Shown: piece after piece, positions 11,885 to 24,551 of the stretch
Layout: each line of letters starts with the position of its first letter
Position numbering within the stretch: the first letter of the stretch is position 1
Origin: Moniliella sp. 'wahieum'
Taxonomy: Eukaryota
DNA: 64,000 bases
Assembly: GCA_003971905.1 (NCBI GenBank)
Contig: RSEE01000007.1
Location: 868,001 to 932,000, forward strand
Direction of reading: 5' to 3'
Notes under the pieces: model-generated
The model's input: the letters and a program-made list of their open reading frames with translations, nothing else
Database searches by the model: none
What the model was told of the DNA's origin: nothing
Translations under genes and position numbers: made by a program

Positions 11885-14800
11885 TCAAAACGAAACGTCC
11901 GGCCCCGAATCGTCATCGAGGATGCGCGTGACCTCCGGCCGACGGTCGAGCCACTTGACAAAGGTGGGAAGGAGGAATGTTTTGCGTGGCGCTCCACCAT
12001 CGAGCCGACAAAGGAGCTGTCGGGCGCGACGGACGAACTCGTCTCGTCCTCCCACGCCACGGGCGTGTCGGGCGCACTGGTCATGCTCATACTCATGCTC
12101 GTGCTCATGCCCATGCCCGCTCATGCCCACCCCGCCAGCGTCAAGAGTCGTGTCGGCGCTGGAGGACGGCGCGGGTGGGTGCGCGCTGTCAGTCGCCAGC
12201 GCAGCAGCCTTTTCCAGTAAGTACCCGGTAAACGCAACCAGATACCCATACCGCTGTAGGTACTGCACAAACACCCCCGCAGCCGACGTAGGTTGGGTGC
12301 TGCTCGGCAGCGCGCTGCCGCGCATCAAACGTGGCCGTGCGTAGGTTCTGGACCGAAGCCATCTGGTCAATCGCTGAATCGGCCAATTGCTTGGCCAACC
12401 GGCCATACTGCAGGACAGACACCAGTTGAAGAATACAACGGTACTCTCCTGCCCGAAGGAATTTCTCGTCGTCCCACTCTTCCTGCGTGGCCGAGATGGC
12501 TTCGGTCAGGGTACGCACCCGACCCATCCGCACCCGCACTCGCCGCTGCCCTAGCTCTAGCCCCGACATGCCCGCCGCCTGGTCGTCATCAGGCTCCGAG
12601 GCCGAATCCTCGGAGCTTTCGCTCAGGATTGTTGGGCCCCCGTCAAGAGATCATCGCCACTCACCGCAACGGTAGCAACAAGCGCAGCAATGATCATCCC
12701 CGTTGTCGTCCGTCCCCGGCCCATTTGGCAGTTCCATGCGCTCATCCAGCCACGCTGAAGCGCCGTATGCACCCGAGCTTCGATTTTGGAGAAGGTCGCC
12801 GCTCTCGGCGCCTGCTCATCCGTCACGGCAATCCGAGCATAATCCACCGCGTACCCCTCGGCGGCCGCTTGGGCATAAACTTCCCGTGGCGTCTGGATGT
12901 CCAGGTCTTCATTGTCAATCTGCGCCCACAGCGGAATCACCTCGAACCGGCCCGAGGCCAGGCCCACCTCGTCGTGAAGCAGCACACGGTTGCCCCGAGC
13001 GCGCGACTCGGCAATCACGTCCCGTTTGAGTGCCGCCTCCATCCGCTCCACCACTTCGGTGGAAATGCCAGTGGCCTCGACGTTGGTCAGAGGCTGGTCT
13101 GCCAAGCGCAAGACGTGAGGACGCCCCTTGACATACAACACTGGTTCCTCGCGCAGCGAGGTCCATACCACCCCGTGCACAGACGCGACCCCAGGCCACT
13201 GCCTGTCGTTAACGACGATTGTTGCCGATGGTGGGCTACATCCCGAGCATGCGCATAAGAGTGCCGGTCTCTTGAGTGAGGCATCACCCCATTTGTTGCA
13301 ACCCGGCCCGCAAACCTTCAACCGGGGCATCCCTGTTCCCCATACCACCCTTTCCGCTAGGGCTTGCAGGTTGACGCTCGCTGATAGAGAGTCAACCGGA
13401 ACCAAAGGAGGGCCTCCTCACGCAGGTTGGGCATTCCTTCGATCCGTAGGGGCAAGTTGCGCTTGAGAATCCCTGGGAAAAAGTCCGACTTGAGCAAAGT
13501 AAAGGGCGTGAGAATGTCCGCTGCGAGCGCTGATCACTTCTTGCTCCTCCGTCTCCGTCACGTCAATATCGGCAGGCTCTCGGCTGCTAGGCTTCGTTTC
13601 TGCCGCCGGCTCGGCGAGCGCAGGTAGGCGCCGGCCTTGGTTGGGAGAGGGGTGATGGTATCGAGACTGCGGCGGTCAAACTCTTGCGAGATGGTCTCAA
13701 GAACAGGCTGCGATGCGACAAACTTCTCGTACGTGGGACGGAGGGGGAGTTGGCTGTCGGTAGACATGAGATACGCTTGAAGAATCATCAAACCAAAGTA
13801 GCGTTTCAGCCCAGCAATGCCCGACGCAATCCGTGCCGTACGCACCCCTGCATCGGTTGTTTCGGCTGCTGCGGCACGGTCCTCTTCAATCGCATCGCGA
13901 ATGTTGAGGATGGTGGAGCATCGGTCGATCGCTGCATCAACCTTGCGCTTTACCTTAGTGCCCTTGGGCAAGACGCGAGAGTAAACTGTTGATAATGCGG
14001 TACTGCAACGGTGTAGAACGGGACGTTTGCACCTCATCTTCGGCACCGGAGATGGGAAGGCGGACGCCACGCCCACTGCTTGGAGCTGCGGAAGCGTCAC
14101 CCGGGCAACGAGACCTTGGGCGCCTGGCCAGCCACTTCAGGCACCGAGGCGTGCTCCTCCAGCGTATCCGCACCATCGACCCAATCCGAGACCATGGTAA
14201 CAATGATCGAGGCCAGGGTACTGCGCCCACGGCCGAGTTGGTCGTTGACCACAATCGGGGACGATCCAACCCGGGCTTTGAAAATGGTGATGAGCAGATC
14301 ATCAATGTCATTGGGGTCAGGCATCCTCTCCGATGTGATGGGAATCCGACGAAAGGCCAGCTTGGTTGGCGATCTTTCGTCCGTCTCACCCAAGGCTGGA
14401 GCAGAAGATATGGTGTCGTCCTCGCCCGAGCCATTGTCCGATTCAAGTCCTGTAGCAAGTTCGGCCATGTCGGACGCTTGGGCAGCCATGACCTCTGCCA
14501 CCGTTTGTACGTCCTTTGGCGGCCTCGACCCACATGGGCACAACTTGGCCTCCAGCAGTCTCGGTGTGGAGAAGAATGCTTCCTTCCCCGGCCCTCAGTT
14601 CCATGAGCACATCACTTCAGTCGCTCCTCGAGCAGCTGCAGACGAGACCAGCTGATTCCGCTGAAAGACTTGATGTTGCGCAGGCTCACCTCGCTCGGAC
14701 GAAGACAGTAAAGCTTGCCATTGATGTAGACCAATGGCTCCTCACGCAAGTTGAGCCAAGTGATGCGCTTGGGGGGGCTAAAAGAGCGGCGAAGGACCGT

Positions 14801-16775
14801 CAATAGGGCTTACGGATTCCATGTTGGGTAGGTTGCCCCGTGGCATAAACGTCCATGTGCTCCACCTGGGTAAAGTTAACTGTACCGGCAACAGCTAAAC
14901 CAGCATGAGCTGCCGCCTCGGCAAACTTGTGCCAAATGTCCCGCTTGAGGATAGTGTGGGAACGCAGCACAATACCAACCCGATTGCGGACCACGTGTTG
15001 AGCAAATTCATCCCCAATCTCGTGCTCAGCCTCGCCTCCCTCAAGCACAGTTGAAATAGTTAGCGGTTGGCCTGAGATGGCAGCACTCAGTACGCTCAGA
15101 TCGGCCACAGGATCAAAGACGTAGGGGGCATGCTCCGAGCGCGGATGCGCTTGACTCCACTCCAAATTTCGGGCCGATTCTGGAGCCAGACACTAAATCG
15201 GTGACTGAAGATGGCCGTTTGGGAAGCATTGACATAGGAGGCAAACGCAATAAGGAAGTAGTAGCGTTCCAGACTGCGCAACGCCTTTGTCAGAATGACC
15301 CGCGCCTCCTGTCCGTTTGCTTAGCATCCGATTGGCTCGTGGCGGCCGCATATTGGACGCGGCCAAGAAGGATTGCCTCACGCAAGTTGGTTACTTGGGC
15401 AGCCGCGTCAACAGCAATGTCGAGCGTAACCTTGTCCTCCAGGCCCTGATCGAGAAGCCCAGTGAGCTGCATGATGATGCCAAAGTCACCCGAGCTTGCC
15501 TTGCGCAAGTTGTCAAGGAGGACAGGTTGTGTCATTAGAGCCATCATGATACTTGGCTCATCTCACGAGGGAAAATGTCCGTAATGTCCTTGAGGATACG
15601 TAAAAGAGCTGTAGTCTGAGCTTGCTGTTGGGTGGCAGCCTCGACACTCTTGGCCACGGCTGTGCTAGGTCCACTGGGCAAGGCTGTGGCAGCCATCGAG
15701 TCAGGCCCCCGCTGGCCATAGGCCTTGAATGGATCCGGGTACCAAGTAAAAGTAACATCTGTGCGCCGGATCAATAGGGCGGCCACCATAGCAAACGTGG
15801 TCCGGTTGAAGCCGGCACCACAGTTGGCTACAAGTGACGTGTTGCGGGGGTCGATGCGCTTGATGATCTGGGCATAGGCATCCAGCTGGGAGACGGTCAG
15901 TCGATGCACACTCCAAGAGAGGGGAGAGAGAAGAAAGAATGCATACATAGTTGTGCTCAATCGGCTGGTTCTCGCCAATGGGAACGCGGTGATACTCGAG
16001 CTTCCAGCCGGAGCGAATGAGGTGCAAGAAGACTTCCTTGACAGTTAACACAGACTCGTTTTCGAGGAAAACCCAAGTTGGGACAATCCGGCCCCCCTGT
16101 CTTCCTCATGGACCAGCAACATGTTTTGGTGACGGGCGGCTTCGCGTAAATGTCTTCCTTGAGACGATCCTCAATGCCTTCCAGATTTGAGGCGCGGTCG
16201 GAGATCTGAGTGTCCGGCGTGGGTTTTCAAAGTCACGTAAGACGAAGGGTCTGCCAGAAATGTAGATGACAGGTTCTTCGCGAGTGCAAACCCAAACGCA
16301 CTTGTCGCGGGTTCTGAAGTTGGGATTGTGCAGTCCGCCGGTGGGGGTGTGGGTGCCGGAGGCTACACCGGCGGGGCTGAAAGTGCGCTCTGGGGCATAA
16401 GAAGGCAGCAGCAGCGGCCGAGGCGGGGTCGGAGGTGGGGGCAGGGCTGGTGACATGGTGGTGGATGTGGAGGTTTGGCTGACAGCCCAGCGCGGCGAGG
16501 ATGGACTTGAGGCCGGGGATGCTGGGCTGGGCCGAGCCATACACGCCCAGATCGGCAGCGGCCTTGCGGAAGTTGGGGGCGCCGCTGAGTTGGATGGGCA
16601 GGTGGGAGGGGCGGGCGCCAGCGTATGCGTCGGTCTTGATGATGAGGCCGCGGGTGAGGACGTTGCCCTTGCGGCCGCGTACGACGGCATCGTCTTCACG
16701 GCCCCACCAGGCAAGCTGCTGCTGGTCGGCGACGGAGGGGCTGTGGGTGCCCGGGGGGAACGGGGACCCGACCAT
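11885..16775 (-). CDS. Paladin-like protein with three PTP-like (inositol phosphate phosphatase-type) domains
   Basis: Repeated GAPNFRK/GTVNFTQ, QP motifs and three REEP motifs (CTREEPVIYISGRPFVLR, NLREEPLVYINGKLYCLR, SLREEPVLYVKGRPHVLR). P-loops NCGAGFNR, NDQLGRGR and NCQMGRGRTTTGM. Many indels; true start may lie upstream. Confidence 0.9.
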
Positions 16776-17505
16776 GGGACGGCGGGGGATGGTGGGGATG
16801 GGGGGGATGGGCAGGGGAAGGGGCTGGAGGGCGTGGACGGGGCCAGAGCACGACGGAGACTAGCCGGTGGTTGGTAGCTTCTCGTGCCCTGGCAGGTCAC
16901 GATCCAGCCGAGGCAGAGGCTCGGCTGAGAGCTGGGACACTGCCGCGTGCTGGGAGACGCGCGCCCAAGCATAAGCGGGCCTGGGCGGGGAGCGGTGACG
17001 GAGTGATAGTGACGCGAGTGACTAGTGACTAGTGACGCTAGTGACGCAGCACAGACGGGGGACGCGACGGCTGACTCGGAGGGACGAAGACACGGCTATG
17101 CGAGGCGAGGCGATGGATGGTGGGCGCCGCCGCCGCCGCAGCAGCAGCCGCTGCAGACAGCACGCGCCAGAGGGCGGTGTGGTTCGACGGAGGATGTGGG
17201 CGGTCGACGTCGATGGAGCTGGACGGCTGGGCAGCAGGCAGGCAGGCGGGCACTGGTCACGTGGCGGGAGTGACGTCACGCGCCTGCCCAGAAGGTGGGA
17301 GAGTGGGGCGGGGCAGCGAAGGACTAATTAATGACAGCGCCGCGCTTCTGCTTGGTCACATTGCCCCTGGGCTCGCCTCCCTCGGCTGGCCTCCTGGCCG
17401 CCCATCCCCACCGCCCCCGGCGCATCCCCCACCCCAGCAGGCCTGGACGCCGCCGCCACGCCCCGCTTGCCCCTTGCCCCCCTCGCCTCTGCCCGCCGCC
17501 CCGCC

Positions 17506-20116
17506 ATGCCGCCCCCCCGCACGCCGAAGACCCGCTTCTTGCCGCCGTCCGCTCCCACCTCTCCGCCCGCCTCCACGCCATCCAGCACCCCCCGCCCCGT
17601 CCCTTGACCTCGCCCACTACACCCAGCCCTCCCTCGCCGACGTCTTGCCCACCACGCGCCCCCACCGCCTGCGCCCTGCCCTCGCCGCCGCCGCCGCCAT
17701 CCCTCTCCCCCTACTCCGCCTCCCCCGCCCCACGATGGTCCTCGGCCGAACGAACAAGATCCAGCGCAAGCACCGCCCTCCCTTCCAGCAGCACCTCTGT
17801 CAACGCCCAGGCTGCTGCCGCAGGCTCCGGAAAACGCTCCCTCCTTCGCTTCCTGCGCCCACACGCCTCCTCTTCTTCCGCGCCCACCCTCCTTCTTCCC
17901 AGCCACGAACGCCCCGCAAGCTGCCACACCTCGTCGCACGCGCCGCTCGGCGCCGCTCCATCCCCCAGCAGCACCTACCCCCACCTGACCTAGAATCCGC
18001 CCCCGCTCCCGGGATCTTTCATCCGAGAAATTCCACTTTCATGTCCGCTCCCCTCGGTGGCCTCCGCTGCTCCTGGGGCGTGGTTTCCATTCAGGCCGCC
18101 ACCCCAACCATCCGTGCCCGCGCCGTCTCTCACGACTCGGCCCTGCCCTCCCGAACGGCTTGACCCATCTAGTCGCCAGAATCGCCCCTGTTGCCTGGGG
18201 CGGACGAGGACAGCGAGGAACAGAGCGACCCGGTGTTGGAGCAGTTGATCGCGCACAACGCGGCAATGTATGAGCATTGCTCCCCTCGTCACCCCCCTCT
18301 ACCCCCAATGACTCACGTGCCCCACCTTCCTCCTATTCCTCTTTCCTCCTCTTCTCCTCTTCCCGCCGCCATTGTGTCGGATACTCACTCGGTTTCCCCT
18401 CGCCTTGCACCAACAGCGCCTCCGACACCATCGGCCAAAGGGTTCGCCTTCTCCCCTGCTCCTCCGTCGCCGCTGGCTTCGTCCTCCTCCGTGGTAGCGC
18501 CCGACCCATCAGAGTTGATCCACGACTACGTTCACTCGCCTCGTCTGACCCGGATGGTGCAGCTGATGAACCCCCCCAACAAGGGACTCCAAGTATCGGT
18601 GGCCGATGTGGGCGACCCGCCGGCCTGCCGTCCTCGTGTTTCTTGGCCTGGGTGCGGTCCGTCACATGGTAGGGCTGTACGACGAGTTGGCGCATGCGCT
18701 GGGCCTTCGACTCATCTGTGCCGACCGATGGGGGGTGGGACGAACGGCGGCAGTGTCCACAGCTGAGTTTGGCGTGCAAGACTGGGCCAGTGTGATGGGC
18801 GAGGTGGCGGCCCAGTTGGGCGTGGAGCGGTTTGCCTTGTTGGCCCACAGTGCTGGGGCACCGTTTGCCATGGCCACCGCGCTCGCCTTTCCCGACCAAG
18901 TCGTGGGGCCCATCCATCTGTTGGCGCCGTGGGTCTCGCCCGACCCGGCCATCGAACCAGGGTACCACTGGCTTCGCTATGTGCCCCACTCGCTTCTCCG
19001 CACTGCCCAAACCGCCGAATGGCACGTCCAAGGCTGGAAACTCGGTCGCCTTCCACGCCACCCTCTAGGACCCCAGCTTCCCCCACACCCACACCCACGT
19101 TTTCCCCTCTGTTTCACGACGCGCGTCACCGCACCACACCACACGCGCCACCTCCTGGACCCAGTCTCCTCCCCCCTTGGGCCACCCCGCCTCGGATGAC
19201 GATCTGCGGCGAGCAGCGTGGAATGGGAGGAGGGTGCGAAGTACGAGCGTCTTGGGGGATCGGACGGAGGGAGGACGAATGCGCTGCGGTCGGCCTCGGC
19301 GACACTGGGGCCGCGGGCAAGCCCCATGGTCCTCCCGCCTCTTTCAACAGGGATGGAAGGCGAGGGAGAAGGCGAAGTGGAGGTACTTCGCTCGATCCCG
19401 ATCCCATGTCGGATGCCGATGCTGAAACTGAGGTTGACCGTCACTCCTTTACCTACCCGCTGTCGTTGGGCACCTGCGCCGAAAGCCCTCGCTCTTCCTT
19501 TTCGTCCCTAGGCGACGTCCAGGCCGCCCTGCCACGCACTGCTTGCCCGTCTCGGGAATCGTCTACGCCGCGGTCGCGGTCCCCTTCGCTGGGCCAATGG
19601 GTGCTTCGCGCATCCTCCCGCCAATCCAAGACGGTTGCCCCCCATTCTGGCACGTCGTCCGGCGTCAATCTGCCCCATCGACCGCGCAAACGGCCCGCGG
19701 GGAGCGTATTGAGCACCGCTTTACTTCAAGCAGCCCATGCCGAGGCCATTCACGGGGCGCTCCCGACCTGGTGCGCATTCTCGCCACCCGTGGCGCCAAA
19801 CCATGGGGGTTTGCCTTTCCCGAGGTGAAGCTTCCTGTGGTAGTGTGGCACGGAGACAAAGACGAGCGCATCTCCTTTGCGGGCTGGTGTGGATGCAGCG
19901 CAAATGCCCTTGGTCGAGATTCGGCGGGTACGAGGTGCCGGTCATTCGCTCATGATCAACTCGCGCGTGATTGTTGAGGTGCTGGAGAGCATTGCCAAGC
20001 ACGCTCCCCGGTCGGGGCCGACTAGCTTGCTCCGGGCCCTGCTCCCTGGACCCACATGCATTGCATTGCCACATACCCCGCCGACTCGGGATCGCCCTCT
20101 TCTCCCTGGCTGGTGA
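17506..20116 (+). CDS. Alpha/beta hydrolase with long disordered N-terminus and internal insertion
   Basis: LICADRWGVGRT; nucleophile elbow LLAHSAGAPFA; VVVWHGDKDERI (acid); GAGHSLM (His). Start and stop approximate because of frameshifts. Confidence 0.8.
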
Positions 20117-20987
20117 ACTTCACCGTTGATACCCAACCCCCCCCCAACCCCTTCCCCACGCTGCGCCCTGAAAATACACAAGGACGACACGACGCTCGCT
20201 TGTCTGGATTTCCACCTGTCCGCTCCTCGGCGCGCTAGTATTTTCCACATGAGGAGGGCCATCTATATACCTCCTTCGCTCTCTCGCTCCCTCCGCCACT
20301 CCGCTCTCTCCCTGCTATTGCCCGTGGCGGCGTGGCTGGTGGCAGTAGGCCTGGGGGGGCAGGGCAGAGGGGGGCCCAATCGCATCTCTCATTTGGCACC
20401 GGAATACGTGTGTGGCTAGAGGAAACGTGGGGGCTTGAAGTGCGGGGGACGGTGGATGATCGATGATGTGACAGATGATGTGGCAGATGTCGATGATGTG
20501 GGGTGCGTACTGGTGGAGATGGCTGCGGTATGCGATTGCTGATGATCGATGACGAACGCCAGCCTGCGCTGCGCTCCGGGTGGCTCAGCCCCGGCGTCCT
20601 GGCAGTCAGCGGTCAACGTATTCAACTTGCGTTCTCGTCGCCGCGACATTCGTGAAAGCGACGAGGCCAACAAGCCATGGGGGATGCACGGGCCACCAGT
20701 CCTAGTTTGGCACTTAGCACTTAGTACTTAGCTTAGCGCTTAAATCAGCGCAACCCTGCTCGGCCCTGCTCGGCCAGGGAACAAGCCAAGCATAACGGCG
20801 TTATGATGTGTAATGTCCCCACTGTTTTTTTTCGCCCCACACAGGCATTACAGTTATCCAATTGAAATGATGTTGATAGCGGGTATATAGCCTCCCAGCT
20901 TCTTCTTTCCGCCCCCAACGGCCACTTTCCCTGCATTCTCCGCGCCTTCCACCAGCCCTTCGCCATGGCCTCCCCACTGCCCTCACC

Positions 20988-22806
20988 ATGCTCGACCTGC
21001 CCCTCCCGTTTCTTGTCCTTGCCATCGGGGGTTCGGTGGTCGTGGTGCTCGTGCCTGTACCCCGACCGTCCGGTGGGCGTGCACAAGGTGCCAGGCTTGC
21101 CCACCGTTCCTGGCCGCCTGCCACTGATTGGCAACTGGAAGATGATGTGGAAAGCAGTGAGCGGCCAGACGAAGGACGGACTGGACTATATGCTGGACTT
21201 TCAACGCACGCTTGCTCCAGGCGGGCGTCCGTTTGCGTTCCATGTGCCCTCGCTGGGCGGGCAAACGACAATGTTGAACCGGCCAGAGTACCTGCAGTGG
21301 GTGCAAAGCGGGAAATCCACTTGACAATTACTGCAAAGGCGCACCCTTTAGCCGCAACTTTGTGACCTCCTCTCTGAGACGGGCATCTTTGTTGCCGATG
21401 GCGACGTGTGGAAGCGGCAGCGCAAGCTCGCCTCGCGGATTGTATGTAGTCTTCTTTGTTGTTCCTACCTTTTCCTACCACTCCACGTTTCAGGATAACA
21501 GTTCCCATGGTGCTGACCAAATATATCCTCTCCACTTGGACAGTTTTCCGTCAACAACTTTCGTTCTCATGTGCAGCACTCTGTCCAACGTCACCTCGTT
21601 CCTCTGGTGCAGCTGGCTGAGGATGCAGCCGCTCGCCAAGAGGAGATTGTGCTGCCCGATATATTCTTCCGCTACACACTGGAAACATTTGGTATGATGG
21701 CATTTGGTGCCGACGTGGGATGTCTGCCGTACGTGCCGTCCTATCACTCCGCCCAGGATACCGAGAAGCTGATCCTAACCGCTACTCTGTGATTTTCCAG
21801 CTCCAAGGTAGCAGGATTAGAAAACAGGTTCCATTCGCGGTGGCGTTTGACTATGCGCAGGCTGTGATCAATGAGCGTTTTATGGACCCAGTCTGGCCAG
21901 TGACGGAAATCTTTTCCCAACGTGGGCGCAAGATGCGAGCGGCGTTGAACACGATCCGAACGACCTGTGTGAGATTATTGACCAGCGGCAGGCCAACCAA
22001 GCCCAAGGTGGGTCCCAAGGTGCCCAATCGAAGGAGGGAAAAGATCTGTTGCAACTCTTTATGAGCGAGGGCTTGACTCGGACGAGCTGCTTCCGATTGT
22101 GCTCAACTTTATCATTGCTGGACGGGACACAACGGCACAGGCATTGACCTGGTGCATCTACCTCCTTCACTCGGCCCCTGAGGCGACGACACGGTTGCGC
22201 GAGGAAGTGGCAAAGTGTTGGGCGAAGGACAAGACCAGCGCTTGATGGAGTATGATGACCTCAAGAACATGCCCTACACCCAAGCAGTGGTGCACGAGAC
22301 GTTGCGCCTTCAGCCTCCGGTGGCCAAGAACATCAAGTATGCTGTTGAAGCAGATGTGATCCGGCCTTATGCCCAAGAAAAGCTGGTGGGCGGCACGCCC
22401 GAAGATCCGTATGGACGGGTGCCGTGCCCAGTGCACCCCTGGGAGACGTGATCATCCAAAAGGGCACGACGGTGACCTGGTCAGACTATGTTATGGCCCG
22501 AATGCCTGAAGTATGGGGAAAAGATTGTGAGCAATTCAAGCCCGAGCGCTTTCTCAAACCGATGGGTCCCTGAAAACGTTTAGTCCTTACGTGTTCCATG
22601 CCTTCAACGCAGGCCCACGCCTGTGTTTGGGCCAGACGCTGGCTCTGTATGAAGCCAGTGCCGTCTTGGCTGCCCTACTGGGCCAGTTTGATGTCGTTTT
22701 CAACGAGGATGCTTTGGCTCGCAATCCTCCAACCTATGCCGAAAGTATCACTCTTCCCATGCTCAATCCTTACCTTTCCAAACTTGTTCCTCGTGTCGTG
22801 GCTTGA
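20988..22806 (+). CDS. Cytochrome P450 resembling CYP86/CYP94-type fatty-acid omega-hydroxylases
   Basis: N-terminal membrane anchor; GIFVADGDVWKRQRK; I-helix FIIAGRDTTAQAL; ETLR; FKPERF; heme motif FNAGPRLCLG. Introns about 21443-21543 and 21729-21800. Confidence 0.93.
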
Positions 22807-23973
22807 AAAGCCCTTTTGGAAGCCCCACTTTCCGTATCTTTTTCTCCTTCTGCTGCTTGTTAACATATGTACATTCCACTGGATATGGCACACTTCTTCG
22901 CACTTCTTCGCATGCATCATATCATCATAGGCGCCCTCAATTCGTATGTACCATCGCGCTCTCTCCTCGTCAATTGGCCAGCAATTAATATACAGACTCG
23001 TCTTCATTTTATACTAAGTTTGCCCAAGCATCAGGAGTGAACATGGGGATAATCTCGTACAGTTGAACCCCAAGTATAGCTCTTGTGACAAGGCGCATGT
23101 GGTGTGTATATCACAGTACACCCCATCTTGGTGCTGGCCCGTACATCATATCCCGTATCAAAAATCGCTCTCTCCAGCAGTTATCTCATCGGAAGTGTAG
23201 TGCTACTACAACAGACGTTGAATCAGTGTGCAAATTTTACTATACAAGGATTGTGCAGTGGCTACAAATAATAGCCTCTTTTCTTGTTTTTGTGTCCATC
23301 CCCACCGAACAAATAGTTGGTTCTGTGGGCACCCGCTAGGTACATTCAGGCCAGGTTGGGGGACCTGGATGTGGGCCCGTGTAGCAGACTCATATATGGA
23401 TGGTCCATGGACCATGGATCATGTTGGACCCAACCACATCCATGACGAATTGTACGTACCGACGATGTCGAGGCAATAAACTCAACCCTATATGAGGGCG
23501 CGTTAGCGACGCGAACGGGCATTGCTTTGTTGTGTGGCAGGGGGGCAGTGTGGCGGCGTGCCGTCATTAAAGTGCTTTTTTGGCTTTGCCAATCAAAACC
23601 GATTTAAGCGGCTGGTCTCGTTTCGCGTCGAACCTCCGTCCGGTCCTCTATCTCCTCCTCCTCAATACCACCACATCGCAATGCCTGGTTGCATGTACAC
23701 TTCGTCTACGTCTCAAAAACCCGTGGCCGGTACGTATGTCCCTCACCACACACATTGGTTGCTGGGAGAAAAAGAGAGTAGAGAATGCGCAACTAACCCA
23801 CTCTTTTTTGTCCGATTCTCTCTCTTCTTCGTCATCTTCCTCCCTCTGTTTCTTCTTCACTCCATTACTGCGTCTTGTGGATCACAGGCCACTCGAGCGC
23901 TTCTCGGGTGGTTTGAATTCAAGGAAGAACACTACTACTCTTCCCGTGCGCTCGGACGAAAGACGCGAATGGC

Positions 23974-24462
23974 ATGATGGACATGGATGCCGAGCCCTTC
24001 TTCGGCCCACTGGATGAGGAGCTAGACGACCATCTGGTGCAGCTGAGCTCGGCCACGTGGAGACGGAAACAGTGCTACGTGATGCTCGGTAAGCTATCAG
24101 TGGAGGTGGAGGAGTTGCTGCGGACGAACCGAACGGTCAAGCGAGAGCTCAGCAGGACCAAACTGTTGCTTCAAGAGGTTGAAGAGCAGTACGCTGCCAC
24201 AAACCAACGCTTGGTACCTCCCTTCCTCTCCATCCCCAAGCTCAACACATCGAACGGGAGCGCCATTTCCTCCGTTTTGCCAAGTTCATCTCCTTCCTTT
24301 TGCCTCCGGGCCATCCCTGGTGCCTGCACCATATTCTGTATTACTTTGCCTACTATGAGTGACCCCCTTTCAAAACAAAGAGACCGACTATCCCTTTATC
24401 ATTTTCCAACACATGCGCAACAATCATTAAGGATCCCACTAAACATTTCCATCCAACATTAA
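23974..24462 (+). CDS. Hypothetical small coiled-coil protein
   Basis: 162-aa ORF with heptad-like LSVEVEELLRTNRTVKRELSRTKLLLQEVEEQY; no family recognised. Confidence 0.25.
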   Translation: MMDMDAEPFFGPLDEELDDHLVQLSSATWRRKQCYVMLGKLSVEVEELLRTNRTVKRELSRTKLLLQEVEEQYAATNQRLVPPFLSIPKLNTSNGSAISSVLPSSSPSFCLRAIPGACTIFCITLPTMSDPLSKQRDRLSLYHFPTHAQQSLRIPLNISIQH

Positions 24463-24551
24463 CCCCTCCCGGTTTCGCACCTTTTGTCTATACTATCGAA
24501 AACATTTGCATCTTCTTCCTCTTATCTTTGCCGCAGTAAAGCACGCTCCCT

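Noticed and set aside
23058..23080. TA-CAGTTGAACCCC resembling a Tc1/pogo terminus
   Set aside because: No matching inverted partner or transposase seen in the window.
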